Source: Myxococcota bacterium (lineage in GTDB: Bacteria; Myxococcota_A; UBA9160; JAFDDA01). Taken from it: a stretch of DNA of 64,000 bases. Under the pieces are notes generated by a model that searched no databases, was not told the origin of the DNA, and was given only the letters and a program-made list of their open reading frames with translations. Below are positions 46,473-55,836 of the stretch, piece by piece. Both the position numbers and the translations under genes were made by a program. Position 1 is the stretch's first letter; every line of letters starts with the position of its first letter. The stretch lies in the NCBI GenBank assembly GCA_965228475.1, contig OZ245817.1, positions 768,001-832,000 on the forward strand. The letters are read 5' to 3'.

Positions 46473-47654
46473 TCAGCCGAGTGTACCGTCCGCGCGCAGG
46501 CTCGCGAGTTCGTCGTCGGCGACGCCGAGCTCGCGTAGCAGCTCTTCCGTGTGCTCGCCGAGCCCGGGGGCGGGGCGGCGCAGCGTCGAGGGCGTGGCGC
46601 CGAAGCGGACCGCCGGCCGCGGCTCGCGCATGGCGCCGGCGATGGGGTGCACCGACTCGACGATCAGCTCGTTCGCCTGCACCTGGGGGTCGTTCGGGAT
46701 GTCCTCGCGCGCGAGGATCGGGGCGCAGGGCACGCCGTTCTCCGAGAGCCGCGCGAGCCAGTGCGCCGAGCTCTCGGTGCGCAACGCTTCGGCGGTGCGT
46801 TCGAGGCGGGCATCGGCGTGCTTCACCCGCCCGGCGGGGGAGGAGAAGCGCTCGTCCTCGAGCCACTCCGGGTGGCCGACGGCGCGGCAGAGCCCCTCCC
46901 ACTCGGCGTTCGAGACCGCGCCGGCCGTGATCCAACCATCGCGCGTCTCGAAGACGAGGTCGCGCACCTCGCGCGGGCGCGAGACGCCGACGTCCTTGCC
47001 GAGGAACGTGTGCCGCGCCATGCCCTCGGGCCACATGAAGGCGACGAGTGCGTCGAGCATCGCGAGCTTCACGTGCTGGCCCTGGCCGCTGCGCTCCCGT
47101 GCGAAGAGCGCAGCGGTGATGGCCTGGGACGCGGTCAGGGCCGTGACCTTGTCCGGCACGATCAGGCGGAACATGCGCGGGCGCTCGCCGCCGCCGCGCT
47201 GGATGTCCGCGAGGCCCGAGAGCGCCTGGATCACCGGGTCGTAGACGCGCCGGCCGGCGTAGGGGCCGGTCTCGCCGAAGCCCGAGATCGAGACGTAGAC
47301 GAGGTCCGGGCGCAGCGCGCGCAGGGCCTCCTCCCCGAGGCCCATGCGCTCCGCCGTCCCCGGGCGGAAGTTCTGGACGAAGACGTCGGCGGTCGCGACG
47401 AGCCGGTGGAGCAGCGCGACGCCCGCTTCGCGCTTCAGGTCGAGGACCATCGAGCGCTTGTTCCGGTTCGTCGTCGCGAAGATCGGCGCCATGCCGCGGT
47501 GGGCGCCGCCGAGCCCGCGGGTGAGGTCTCCGGTGCCCGGCGGCTCGACCTTCACGACGTCCGCGCCCTGGTCCGCGAGGATCATCGTGGCCATCGGCCC
47601 CGAGATCATCTGCGTCGCATCGACGATCCGGATGCCCGCGAGCGCGCCGCTCAT
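46473..47654 (-). CDS. Class III CoA transferase (CaiB/BaiF)
   Basis: LADQGADVVKVEPP, NRNKRS, NFRPG, SGFG..GP; catalytic Asp in VPDK. Confidence 0.92.
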   Translation of the reverse strand: MSGALAGIRIVDATQMISGPMATMILADQGADVVKVEPPGTGDLTRGLGGAHRGMAPIFATTNRNKRSMVLDLKREAGVALLHRLVATADVFVQNFRPGTAERMGLGEEALRALRPDLVYVSISGFGETGPYAGRRVYDPVIQALSGLADIQRGGGERPRMFRLIVPDKVTALTASQAITAALFARERSGQGQHVKLAMLDALVAFMWPEGMARHTFLGKDVGVSRPREVRDLVFETRDGWITAGAVSNAEWEGLCRAVGHPEWLEDERFSSPAGRVKHADARLERTAEALRTESSAHWLARLSENGVPCAPILAREDIPNDPQVQANELIVESVHPIAGAMREPRPAVRFGATPSTLRRPAPGLGEHTEELLRELGVADDELASLRADGTLG

Positions 47655-48283
47655 GCCGGGCCTCCGGGCGTCCAGTCGATCGGGACGTGGCCGGGCAGGG
47701 AGGCGATCCGTTCGTGCCAGCGCTGGACCGCCGGGAACCGCGCGAGCTCGAAGTCGCCCTCTTCGGCGACGTGCGTGTAGGCGTAGAGCGCGACGTCGGC
47801 CAGGCTGGGTGCGCCCGCAACCAGGAAGGGCTCCGTTTCGAGCGCGCCCTCGAGGATGCCGAGGGCGCGGTGCCCGCCTTCGAGCTTCGCCCGGTACTCC
47901 TCCCCGATCTCCTCCGGAGTCCGGTGAAGTGCGTGGCGCCAGTAGCGCAGGGTGCCGATGAACGGCTCGAGGGAGTACTGCTCGAAGCCCATCCATTCGA
48001 GCATGCGCGCCCGCTCGAAGCGGTCCCTCGGAACCAGATCGCTCCCCTCGGCGAAGTAGAGGCAGATCGCGTGGGACTCGGCCAGGAAGCGGCCCGGCTC
48101 GACCTCGCAGGTGGGGATCTTGCCGTTCGGGTTCATGGCGAGGAACCCGGGCGTGCGCGATTCGCCCCGGGTGATGTCCACCGGGCAGAGATCGAAGGGG
48201 ATGCCCAGATGGTGCAGAACCCAGCGCACCTTGTAGCCGTTCCCCGACGGCAGGTAGTCGTAGAGCCGAACCCGGAAACTCAT
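47651..48283 (-). CDS. Glutathione S-transferase family protein
   Basis: SGNGYKV, NPNGKIP, LAES.AI and SLAD motifs. Confidence 0.92.
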   Translation of the reverse strand: MSFRVRLYDYLPSGNGYKVRWVLHHLGIPFDLCPVDITRGESRTPGFLAMNPNGKIPTCEVEPGRFLAESHAICLYFAEGSDLVPRDRFERARMLEWMGFEQYSLEPFIGTLRYWRHALHRTPEEIGEEYRAKLEGGHRALGILEGALETEPFLVAGAPSLADVALYAYTHVAEEGDFELARFPAVQRWHERIASLPGHVPIDWTPGGPA

Positions 48284-48371
48284 GGTCCTCCGCGCGGATC
48301 GCGAGCCTGGGCCGGCATCATACTGCGGGAGGAACGGTTCGGTTATCTTGCCCCGACGATTGGGGGGACGG

Positions 48372-49238
48372 GTGTCGAGAGGTCTGCTTGCAGTCGGTGT
48401 CGTGGTGGTCCTGCTGGTCGGGGTGCCGCTCTACTACGTGGACTCGCTGGCCAAGGATGCCCTCGAGCGCGGCGCCACCGAATCCTTCGGCACGAAGACG
48501 ACGCTCGGCTCCGTACGGCTCGGCCTGCTCTCGGGGCAGGTCGGCCTCGGCAACCTGCGCGTCCGCAACCCGGAAGGGTTCGACGCGCGCAACTTCTTCG
48601 AGATCGGGAAGGGGCGCTTCTCGGTCGGCCTCGGCGACTTCCTCGAGGAAGAGGTGAAGGTCGACCAGCTCGTCCTCGAGAACCTCTCGCTTTCGCTCGA
48701 GCGGCGCGCCGGGAGCAGCAACTACGGCACCGTGCTCGAGAACATGCGCCGGCAGCCGCCGCCGGACCCCGAGAATCCGGGCAAGCGGTTCGTGATCGAC
48801 GATCTGCGCATCCAGAACGTCACCGCGAACCTCCGCTTCGAAGCCCCGGGTGGCATCGGGAAGGATCTCGAAGTGCTGATCCCCGAGATCCGCCTGCGTC
48901 AGGTCGGTTCGGACAGCGAGGGCGGCGTGATCGTCTCGCAGCTCTGGGGGACGGTGCTGCGCGCGGTGCTCGCCGCCGTCGTGCGGGGCGGGGGCGGCGT
49001 CGCCGGCTTCATCACCCAGGACCTCGCCGGGAGCCTCGGCCGGCTCGGGCACGTCCCGATCGAACTCGTCGGCGACGTGACGCGCACGGGTGCAGGGGTC
49101 GTGAAGGGCGGTGCCTCCCTGGCGAAGGAGGGCGCCGAACGCGTGCTCGAAGGGGCGGGGGACGCCGCCGGGGGCCTGATCGACGCCGGCGGGGCCGTGC
49201 GCGACGGGCTCGGGGGCCTGCTCGACCGCAAGGACTGA
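48372..49238 (+). CDS. AsmA-like membrane-anchored protein
   Basis: N-terminal TM; NPEGF motif; beta-rich body; start uncertain. Confidence 0.65.
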   Translation: MSRGLLAVGVVVVLLVGVPLYYVDSLAKDALERGATESFGTKTTLGSVRLGLLSGQVGLGNLRVRNPEGFDARNFFEIGKGRFSVGLGDFLEEEVKVDQLVLENLSLSLERRAGSSNYGTVLENMRRQPPPDPENPGKRFVIDDLRIQNVTANLRFEAPGGIGKDLEVLIPEIRLRQVGSDSEGGVIVSQLWGTVLRAVLAAVVRGGGGVAGFITQDLAGSLGRLGHVPIELVGDVTRTGAGVVKGGASLAKEGAERVLEGAGDAAGGLIDAGGAVRDGLGGLLDRKD

Positions 49239-49242
49239 GGCC

Positions 49243-49749
49243 ATGTACCGGATCCGCCCGGCCACCGACGAGGACACCGAACACCTGCCCGCGATCGAGC
49301 TCGCGGCCGGGAAGGCCTTCGCCGCGACGGAGGAGGACCTCGGCGTCGAGGAGCTCGGCGATGCGGATTGGTTTCGCCGCTCCCAGCGGGAAGGGCTGCT
49401 CTTCGTCGCCGTCGACGAACGGGACGCCCCGGTGGCATTCGCCTTCTTCGAGGCTTTTCCCGAGAGCCTCCACCTCGAAGAGATCGACGTGCACCCGGAT
49501 CACGCCGGCCACCGCCTCGGCGCGCGGCTGATCGAAGCCGGGGTTCCCGCCGCCGGCGAGCGAGGCCTCACGCGCATGACGCTCACGACCTTCCGCGAGG
49601 TGCCGTGGAACGCGCCGTACTACGCGCGCCTCGGGTTTCGCGAGCTGCCGCGCGAGGCGTGGACGGCGGCGATCCGCGAGCGTGTCGCCCACGAAGCGGA
49701 GCACGGCCTCGACCCGGCGCGGCGGCTCGTGATGGTGCGCGATCTCTGA
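49243..49749 (+). CDS. GNAT family acetyltransferase
   Basis: LEEIDVHP..AGHRLG and LTTFREVPWNAPYYARLGF motifs. Confidence 0.88.
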   Translation: MYRIRPATDEDTEHLPAIELAAGKAFAATEEDLGVEELGDADWFRRSQREGLLFVAVDERDAPVAFAFFEAFPESLHLEEIDVHPDHAGHRLGARLIEAGVPAAGERGLTRMTLTTFREVPWNAPYYARLGFRELPREAWTAAIRERVAHEAEHGLDPARRLVMVRDL

Positions 49750-49760
49750 CCTTGGCCGGG

Positions 49761-50231
49761 TCAGTCCTCGAAGTCCTCGCGCGCGGGCAGGCGGTAGAGG
49801 AACGTGACGAGGGCGACGCCGGTGGCCAGGAGCAGCACGCGAAGCCACGTCGCTTCCGCGAAGAACACGACCGAACTCCCGAGCACGACCACGATCGAGA
49901 CGATGCCGGTCCAGCGGGGCCGTTTGCGGATGGCCCGGTGGCTCTGCCAATCGCGGATCAGGGGGCCGAAGATGCGGTTCGTCACCAGCCAGTCGTAGAA
50001 GCCTTCGGAGGAGCGTGCGAAGCAGGCCGCCGCGACCAGCAGGAACGGGGTCGTCGGAAGGATCGGCAGGGCGACGCCTGCGACCGCGAGGCCGACGAAG
50101 ATCCAGCCCAGGGCGAGCAGCACCCAGCGCAGGGGCCCGTGGACGATCTTCGGGCGTTCCGCCCCGGGAGCCCCTGCGGTCGCCCCCGGTGTCTCCCCGG
50201 AAGTCCGGTCCTGTCGCGGCCCCTGGTTCAT
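49761..50231 (-). CDS. YbaN/DUF454 family membrane protein
   Basis: LPILPTTPFLL..A.CFARSS and FGPLI motifs. Confidence 0.88.
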   Translation of the reverse strand: MNQGPRQDRTSGETPGATAGAPGAERPKIVHGPLRWVLLALGWIFVGLAVAGVALPILPTTPFLLVAAACFARSSEGFYDWLVTNRIFGPLIRDWQSHRAIRKRPRWTGIVSIVVVLGSSVVFFAEATWLRVLLLATGVALVTFLYRLPAREDFED

Positions 50232-50264
50232 CGGTGCAAAGCAGGATACAAGTTCGTTCGCACC

Positions 50265-51227
50265 ATGCCGGAACCCACCTACGCCGCCGATCTCGCCGCC
50301 GTCCGCGCCGCTGCGGAGCGCCTCGCGGGCGTGGCGCACCGCACGCCGGTGGCGACCTGCACGACCCTCGACGAGCGCGCCGGGCGCAAGCTCTTCTTCA
50401 AGTGCGAGCATCTCCAGAAGGTCGGGGCCTTCAAGTTCCGCGGGGCGTGGAACGCCGTGTCCTGCCTCGCCGAGGCCGCGGCGGAGGCCGGTGTGGTGAC
50501 CCACAGCTCGGGGAACCACGGTCAGGCCCTCGCCCTGGCGGCGCGCATGCGCGGGATCCCGGCGTACGTCGTGGTCCCCGCCAACGCGACCCAGGCCAAG
50601 AAGGACGCGATCCGGGGCTACGGGGGCACGGTCATCGAGTGCGAACCGAACCTCGCCGCACGCGACGAGGTCGCCGCGCGCGTGCTCGAGGAGACCGGCG
50701 GGGCCTTCATTCCGCCCTACGACCACGCGGACATCATCGCGGGCCAGGGCACGGCGGCGCTCGAACTCTTCGAGCAGGTGCCGGGGCTCGACGCGGTCGT
50801 CGCGCCGATCGGCGGGGGAGGGCTCCTCTCGGGCACCGTCCTCGCCCTGCGCGAACTCGCGCCCGAGGTTCGCCTCTTCGGCGCCGAACCCGCGACGGCC
50901 GACGACGCCGCGCGATCGCTGGCGGCCGGGACCCTCCTCGAGCCCGGCCCGCCCGACACGATCGCGGACGGCCTGCTCGCCGGCCTCGGGGAACACACCT
51001 GGCCTCCGATCCGCGACGGCGTCGAAGCGATCTTCGTCCTCGACGACGCCGAAAGCGTGGCGGCCATGCGCCTTTGTTGGGAGCGCGCGAAGCTGCTCAT
51101 CGAGCCGAGCGCCGCGGTCGCCGTCGCCGCCGTTCTCTCGGAACCGTTCCGCGCGCTCGACGGCATCGAGCGGGTCGGGGTGATACTCTCCGGCGGAAAC
51201 CTCGACCTCGACCACCTGCCCTGGTGA
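50265..51227 (+). CDS. PLP-dependent serine/threonine dehydratase (serine racemase-like)
   Basis: FKCEHLQKVGAFKFRGA, SSGNHGQA, IGGGGL, EPS, SGGN motifs. Confidence 0.92.
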   Translation: MPEPTYAADLAAVRAAAERLAGVAHRTPVATCTTLDERAGRKLFFKCEHLQKVGAFKFRGAWNAVSCLAEAAAEAGVVTHSSGNHGQALALAARMRGIPAYVVVPANATQAKKDAIRGYGGTVIECEPNLAARDEVAARVLEETGGAFIPPYDHADIIAGQGTAALELFEQVPGLDAVVAPIGGGGLLSGTVLALRELAPEVRLFGAEPATADDAARSLAAGTLLEPGPPDTIADGLLAGLGEHTWPPIRDGVEAIFVLDDAESVAAMRLCWERAKLLIEPSAAVAVAAVLSEPFRALDGIERVGVILSGGNLDLDHLPW

Positions 51228-51231
51228 CGCC

Positions 51232-51594
51232 ATGCCGCTTCCCGCCGAAACCATCCTTCTGCTGCACAACCCCCGCTGCTCGAAGAGCCGCGCGACCCAC
51301 GCCCTGCTCGTCGAGCGCGGCGTCGCCTTCGAGGAACGTCGCTACCTCGACGATCCGCTCTCGCGCGAGGAGCTCGAAGACCTCGCGAAGCGGCTCTCCC
51401 GCCCGGCGCGCGAGTGGGTGCGCAAGGGAGAGGAGGCGTTCAAGAAGGCGGGCCTCACCGCGGACTCCCCGGATGCGGAGTTGCTCGAGGCGATCGCACG
51501 GGAACCGATCCTGCTCGAGCGTCCCATCGTCGTCCGCGGCCCCCGGGCTCGCGTCGGGCGCCCGCCCGAGGACGTGCTCGAGCTGCTCGACTGA
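51232..51594 (+). CDS. ArsC/Spx family reductase
   Basis: HNPRCSKSR, LERPIV and GRPPE motifs. Confidence 0.9.
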   Translation: MPLPAETILLLHNPRCSKSRATHALLVERGVAFEERRYLDDPLSREELEDLAKRLSRPAREWVRKGEEAFKKAGLTADSPDAELLEAIAREPILLERPIVVRGPRARVGRPPEDVLELLD

Positions 51595-51596
51595 CC

Positions 51597-52133
51597 TTGG
51601 ACGAAGGCGAGAAGCGCTACTGGCAGGGTCTCGTCCGCGGCGGGCCGAGGCAGATCGTGCGACCCGGACCGGGCCAGGAATCCGTCTGGGACTATCCGCG
51701 GCCGCCCCGGCTCGAACCCGCCACGCGCCCCGTGCGCGTGTGCTTCGCGGGCGCCGAGATCGCGCGAACCGAACGCGCACTGCGCGTCTGCGAGACCGCC
51801 TCGCCGCCCACCTACTACGTACCCCTCGCCGACGTCGACCGCGGGCGGCTCACGCCCTCGCGGCTTCGCACGTTCTGCGAGTGGAAGGGCGAGGCGCACT
51901 ACTGGCACGTCGAGGTCGATGGCCAGCGCGGTGAGGACGTCGCCTGGAGCTACCCGGACCCCACGCCCGAGTACGCGGCGCTGCGCGAATGCCTGGCGTT
52001 CTTTCCCGGCCGCGTCGAAGCCTGGCTGGGCGAAGAGCGGGTGAAGCCGCAGCCGGGCCCCTTCTACGGCGGCTGGGTGACCGACGACGTGGTCGGCCCG
52101 TTCAAGGGGGAGCCCGGCACAGGGCACTGGTAG
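51597..52133 (+). CDS. DUF427 family protein
   Basis: ESVWDYPRPP, CEWKG.A.YW, AWSYP, FYGGWVT; start uncertain. Confidence 0.85.
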   Translation: MDEGEKRYWQGLVRGGPRQIVRPGPGQESVWDYPRPPRLEPATRPVRVCFAGAEIARTERALRVCETASPPTYYVPLADVDRGRLTPSRLRTFCEWKGEAHYWHVEVDGQRGEDVAWSYPDPTPEYAALRECLAFFPGRVEAWLGEERVKPQPGPFYGGWVTDDVVGPFKGEPGTGHW

Positions 52134-52161
52134 CTTCGGGCGGCACTGGTAGCATCCTCGG

Positions 52162-53388
52162 GTGCTGGCCGAACGCTTCGAACGCATCCGAGCCGCCAGC
52201 GAAGCGCTCGCCGCTCCGCTCTCTCCCGAAGACTGCTCCGCGCAGTCGATGCCCGACGCGAGCCCCGTGAAGTGGCACCTTGCCCACACGAGCTGGTTCT
52301 TCGAGACCTTCGTGCTCGAGCCGGCCGGAGCGGAGCCCTTCGACCCGGCCTTCCGGGTCCTCTTCAACTCGTACTACCAAAGCGTGGGGCCTCAGCATGC
52401 GCGGCCCGCGCGCGGGCTCCTGACGCGGCCCGGCCTCGAGACCGTGCTCGCCTACCGTCGTCACGTCACGGACGCCGTCGCGGCGCGGCTCGCCGACGGC
52501 GTCTCCGCCGAGGTGACGGAGATCGTCGAGATCGGTCTCCATCACGAGCAGCAGCATCAGGAGCTCCTGCTCACGGACGTGCTGCACCTGTTCTCGTGCA
52601 ACCCGACGGACCCGGCCTATGCCGCGCCGTCCGTTCGCCCGGACGCGAAGCCGACGCGCCTGCAGTGGCACCGGCGGGGCGAGGGGCTGATCGAGGTCGG
52701 TCACGCGGGTGCGGGTTTCGCCTTCGACAACGAAGGGCCGCGCCACAAGGTCTACGTGCCGGGCTTCGAGCTGGCGTCGCGCCTCGTGACCAACCGGGAG
52801 TATCGCGACTTCATCGAGGACGGCGGCTACCGTCGCCCGGACCTCTGGCTTTCCGACGGCTGGGCCGTCGTGCAGGAACGTGGCTGGCAGTCACCGCTCT
52901 ACTGGGAGCAGGACGGCGCCGTCCCGACCCAGCTCGGCCTGCACGGCCGGCGCGAGGTCGCCGAGCACGAGCCCGTGTGCCACGTCAGCTACTACGAGGC
53001 CGACGCCTACGCGCGCTGGGCCGGCGCACGTCTCCCGACCGAAGAGGAGTGGGAGTCCGTCGCGGCCGAGCAGCCGGTCGAGGGGAACTTCGTCGAGAGC
53101 GGTGCGTTGGCCCCGGCCGGCGCCTCCGAGCGGCAGGAAGGGCCGAGCCAGCTCTTCGGCGATTGCTGGGAGTGGACGCGCTCGCCCTACGTTCCCTACC
53201 CGGGGTACGCGCCGCCGCCCGGAGCCCTCGGCGAATACAACGGCAAGTTCATGGCCAACCAGATGGTGCTGCGCGGCGGCTCGTGCGTGACGCCCGGCGA
53301 TCACGTGCGCGCGACCTACCGGAACTTCTTCTTCCCCGACGCCCGCTGGCAGTGGAGCGGGATCCGGCTCGCCCGCGACGCCGCGTGA
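52162..53388 (+). CDS. egtB: Ergothioneine biosynthesis sulfoxide synthase EgtB
   Basis: DASPVKWHLAH, HHEQQHQE iron triad, FGE-like domain, GEYNGKFM, RATYRNFF. Confidence 0.9.
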   Translation: MLAERFERIRAASEALAAPLSPEDCSAQSMPDASPVKWHLAHTSWFFETFVLEPAGAEPFDPAFRVLFNSYYQSVGPQHARPARGLLTRPGLETVLAYRRHVTDAVAARLADGVSAEVTEIVEIGLHHEQQHQELLLTDVLHLFSCNPTDPAYAAPSVRPDAKPTRLQWHRRGEGLIEVGHAGAGFAFDNEGPRHKVYVPGFELASRLVTNREYRDFIEDGGYRRPDLWLSDGWAVVQERGWQSPLYWEQDGAVPTQLGLHGRREVAEHEPVCHVSYYEADAYARWAGARLPTEEEWESVAAEQPVEGNFVESGALAPAGASERQEGPSQLFGDCWEWTRSPYVPYPGYAPPPGALGEYNGKFMANQMVLRGGSCVTPGDHVRATYRNFFFPDARWQWSGIRLARDAA

Positions 53389-53825
53389 GCGGCGGCGCGA
53401 CGTCGTTTGCGGTCCGCCCCTTCCGCGATGCGGACGAGGCCGCAGTGAGCGCGCTGTGGCTCGAGGTCTTCGGTGAGCCACAGCCCCGCAACGCGCCGCC
53501 GCGCGTGATCGAGCAGAAGCGCCACGTCCAGCCCGAGCTCTTCCTCGTCGCGGAGCAGGGCGGCGAGATCGTCGGGACCACGCTCGCCGGGGACGACGGG
53601 CACCGGGGTTGGCTTCACCTGGTGGCGGTCTCGCCCGCCCACCAGCGTGGAGCGGTCGGCGCGGCGCTGGTCCGCGAGGCGGTCGCGCGCCTGCGCGCGC
53701 GAGGCGTCTCGAAGGTGAACCTCCAGGTCCGCGGCGACAACGCCGGCGTCGTCCGCTTCTACGAGGGGCTCGGGTTCGAAGTCGAGGATCGCATCAGCCT
53801 CGGCCTCTGCCTCGACGCCGACTGA
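53385..53825 (+). CDS. GNAT acetyltransferase (YpeA-like)
   Basis: DGHRGW and KVNLQVR..N..V..FY..LG motifs; GTGA overlap with egtB. Confidence 0.88.
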   Translation: MSGGATSFAVRPFRDADEAAVSALWLEVFGEPQPRNAPPRVIEQKRHVQPELFLVAEQGGEIVGTTLAGDDGHRGWLHLVAVSPAHQRGAVGAALVREAVARLRARGVSKVNLQVRGDNAGVVRFYEGLGFEVEDRISLGLCLDAD

Positions 53826-53835
53826 GCCGCAAGCC

Positions 53836-54711
53836 GTGGACGTCCGCGAGGTCGAAGTCCGCTCGATCCTGACGCGCGCCTCCGGCTATCTCGACGGCGT
53901 CTGTTCGCACTCGCTCCAGCCCTATCGCGGCTGCAGCTTCGGCCGCTCCCTGTGCGGGGTCGGCTGCTACGTGCAGCACAACCGCTTCGTGACCGGGGGG
54001 CGCCCATGGGGAAGCTTCCTCGACGTCCGCACCAACGCCGCCGAGTCCTACCGCGCCCGGGCGCCGGCCGAGCGGCGCTGGGCGCGGGCGAAGCGGGGCG
54101 GCTTCGCCATCTTCCTCTCGAGCGCGACGGATCCCTTCCTCCCCCAGGAGGCGCGCTACGGCGTGACGGCGCGGCTGCTCGAGGCCATGCAGGCGGAGCC
54201 GCCGGACGTGCTGATCGTGCAGACGCACTCCGCGGCCGTCGCGGACCACGGGGATGCGCTGGCGGCGCTCGCGGCACGCTGCGACCTCCGCGTGCACGTC
54301 TCGGTCGAGAGCGATCGTGAGCGGATCCCCGGTCTGCCGCCGCCGGCGAGCCCGGTCGCCGCGCGCATCGCGGCGGCGCGGGCGCTGCGCGCCCGGGGGC
54401 TGCGCGTCGTCGCGACCGTCGCGCCGCTCCTGCCCATCGAGCGGCCCGAAGTCTTCTTCGAGACGCTCGGCGAAGCCTTCGACGCCGTCGTGATCGACCA
54501 CTTCATCGGCGGGGACGGCTCGCGCGGCGGCTCCCGGACGCGGCGCACGGCGCTGCCTGGAGCGATCGAGGCCCTTCACCGCGGTGCGGCCGGGCTCGCC
54601 TACCGCGACGAAATCCTCGCGCTCGCGTGCCGCCGCCTGCCGGGCCGGGTGGGCGTCGGCCCGGACGGGTTCGCCGGGCGTTTCCTTCCCGCCGATGGAT
54701 GCGTACCCTGA
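53836..54711 (+). CDS. Radical SAM protein, SPL-like family, non-canonical Cys spacing
   Basis: SILT, QPYRGCSFGRSLCGVGCYV and SSATDPF motifs. Confidence 0.75.
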   Translation: MDVREVEVRSILTRASGYLDGVCSHSLQPYRGCSFGRSLCGVGCYVQHNRFVTGGRPWGSFLDVRTNAAESYRARAPAERRWARAKRGGFAIFLSSATDPFLPQEARYGVTARLLEAMQAEPPDVLIVQTHSAAVADHGDALAALAARCDLRVHVSVESDRERIPGLPPPASPVAARIAAARALRARGLRVVATVAPLLPIERPEVFFETLGEAFDAVVIDHFIGGDGSRGGSRTRRTALPGAIEALHRGAAGLAYRDEILALACRRLPGRVGVGPDGFAGRFLPADGCVP

Positions 54712-54715
54712 CCGC

Positions 54716-54949
54716 GTGAGTTCCGAACGCCCCGAGACGTCCCGCCAAGCGAACGAAGCGCCGCACGACGCGAACGACCCGCTCTGCCCGCTGTGCGGCG
54801 ACGCCGTGCCGTGCGGGAGCGTGCGGGGCGATGCGCGCTGCTGGTGCATGGAGCACCCCGCGCCGCCGCCGGACCCGGCGCTTCCTCCGGACGCGTGCCT
54901 CTGCGAGCGTTGCTTGAAGGCACGCCTCGCCGAACGGGCCGGCCGCTAG
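54716..54949 (+). CDS. Cysteine-rich CWC family protein
   Basis: CPLCG...C...CWC...CLCERC; alternative start at 54695. Confidence 0.8.
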   Translation: MSSERPETSRQANEAPHDANDPLCPLCGDAVPCGSVRGDARCWCMEHPAPPPDPALPPDACLCERCLKARLAERAGR

Positions 54950-55356
54950 TGGTGCGCCGGATCGAGGTCGGCGGGGAAGGGCCCGGGCTCCACGAGTTCA
55001 CGGACGCCGTCGCGCGCGCCGTCGGTGAAGCCGGCGTCGAGGACGGCCTCTGCACCGTCTTCCTCCCCCACACCTCGGCGAGCCTCACCATCCAGGAGAA
55101 CGCCGACCCGTCGGCGCGCCGGGACCTCGAAGCCTTCCTCGCGCGCCTCGTGCCCGAGGGCGATCCGCTCTACACGCACACCCTCGAAGGCCCGGACGAC
55201 ATGCCCGCCCACGTGCGCGCGGCGCTCACGGCGACGTCGCTCTCGATTCCGGTCGAACGGGGCCGGCTCGCGCTCGGCACCTGGCAGGGGATCTATCTCT
55301 GGGAGCACCGGCGCCGCGCCGGTCGGCGCGAGGTGGTGATCCACGTCGGCGAATAG
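54949..55356 (+). CDS. yjbQ: YjbQ/UPF0047 family protein
   Basis: HTSASLTIQENADP, EGPDDMPAH and LGTWQGIYL.EH motifs. Confidence 0.92.
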   Translation: MVRRIEVGGEGPGLHEFTDAVARAVGEAGVEDGLCTVFLPHTSASLTIQENADPSARRDLEAFLARLVPEGDPLYTHTLEGPDDMPAHVRAALTATSLSIPVERGRLALGTWQGIYLWEHRRRAGRREVVIHVGE

Positions 55357-55375
55357 CCGGGGGTGGCTCGCGCGC

Positions 55376-55738
55376 CTAGTTGGGCCGGCCGAGGACTTCC
55401 TGGGCTTCCGCCTCCACGCGATCGAAGGCCTTGCGCAGGGTGGTCAGCGCGTCGTCGAGCTCGCCGAGGTCTCCCCGGGCGCCACGCTGCTGGAGCTCCA
55501 TGCAGGCGGTCGCCAGATCGAAGGCCCCGACGTTGGCGCCGGAGTCCGAGAGCTGGCGGGCGGTCCGCTCGAGCCGCCGCGGGTTGCGCGAGGCCACGGC
55601 CTCTTCGATGCGCAAGATCAGCCCGAACCCGTCGTCCACGAAGATCTCGAGGATCTCGCGCAGGCGGTCCCCGACCCCGGCGTCGAGGGAGCGCAGGGTC
55701 GCCAGGGCTTGCGGGTCGAGGGCAGGCGCTTGGTCCAT
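55376..55738 (-). CDS. Hpt-fold protein lacking the conserved His
   Basis: LD...L..L; ARQLSDSGANVGA..L...C..L matches Hpt pattern AHxLKGSSANVGA; GAGGAGG RBS. Confidence 0.72.
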   Translation of the reverse strand: MDQAPALDPQALATLRSLDAGVGDRLREILEIFVDDGFGLILRIEEAVASRNPRRLERTARQLSDSGANVGAFDLATACMELQQRGARGDLGELDDALTTLRKAFDRVEAEAQEVLGRPN

Positions 55739-55836
55739 TCCCTCCTCATCGGCCACGGGCCCCCCGGGATGAAGGGGGGAGACCCGGAGATCGCCCCGGC
55801 CCGAAAGCGGCGGAAAACGGGCTACCGTCGGGCGCT

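Noticed and set aside
51232..51594. Arsenic resistance operon
   Set aside because: Lone ArsC-family gene with no arsR, arsB or acr3 nearby.
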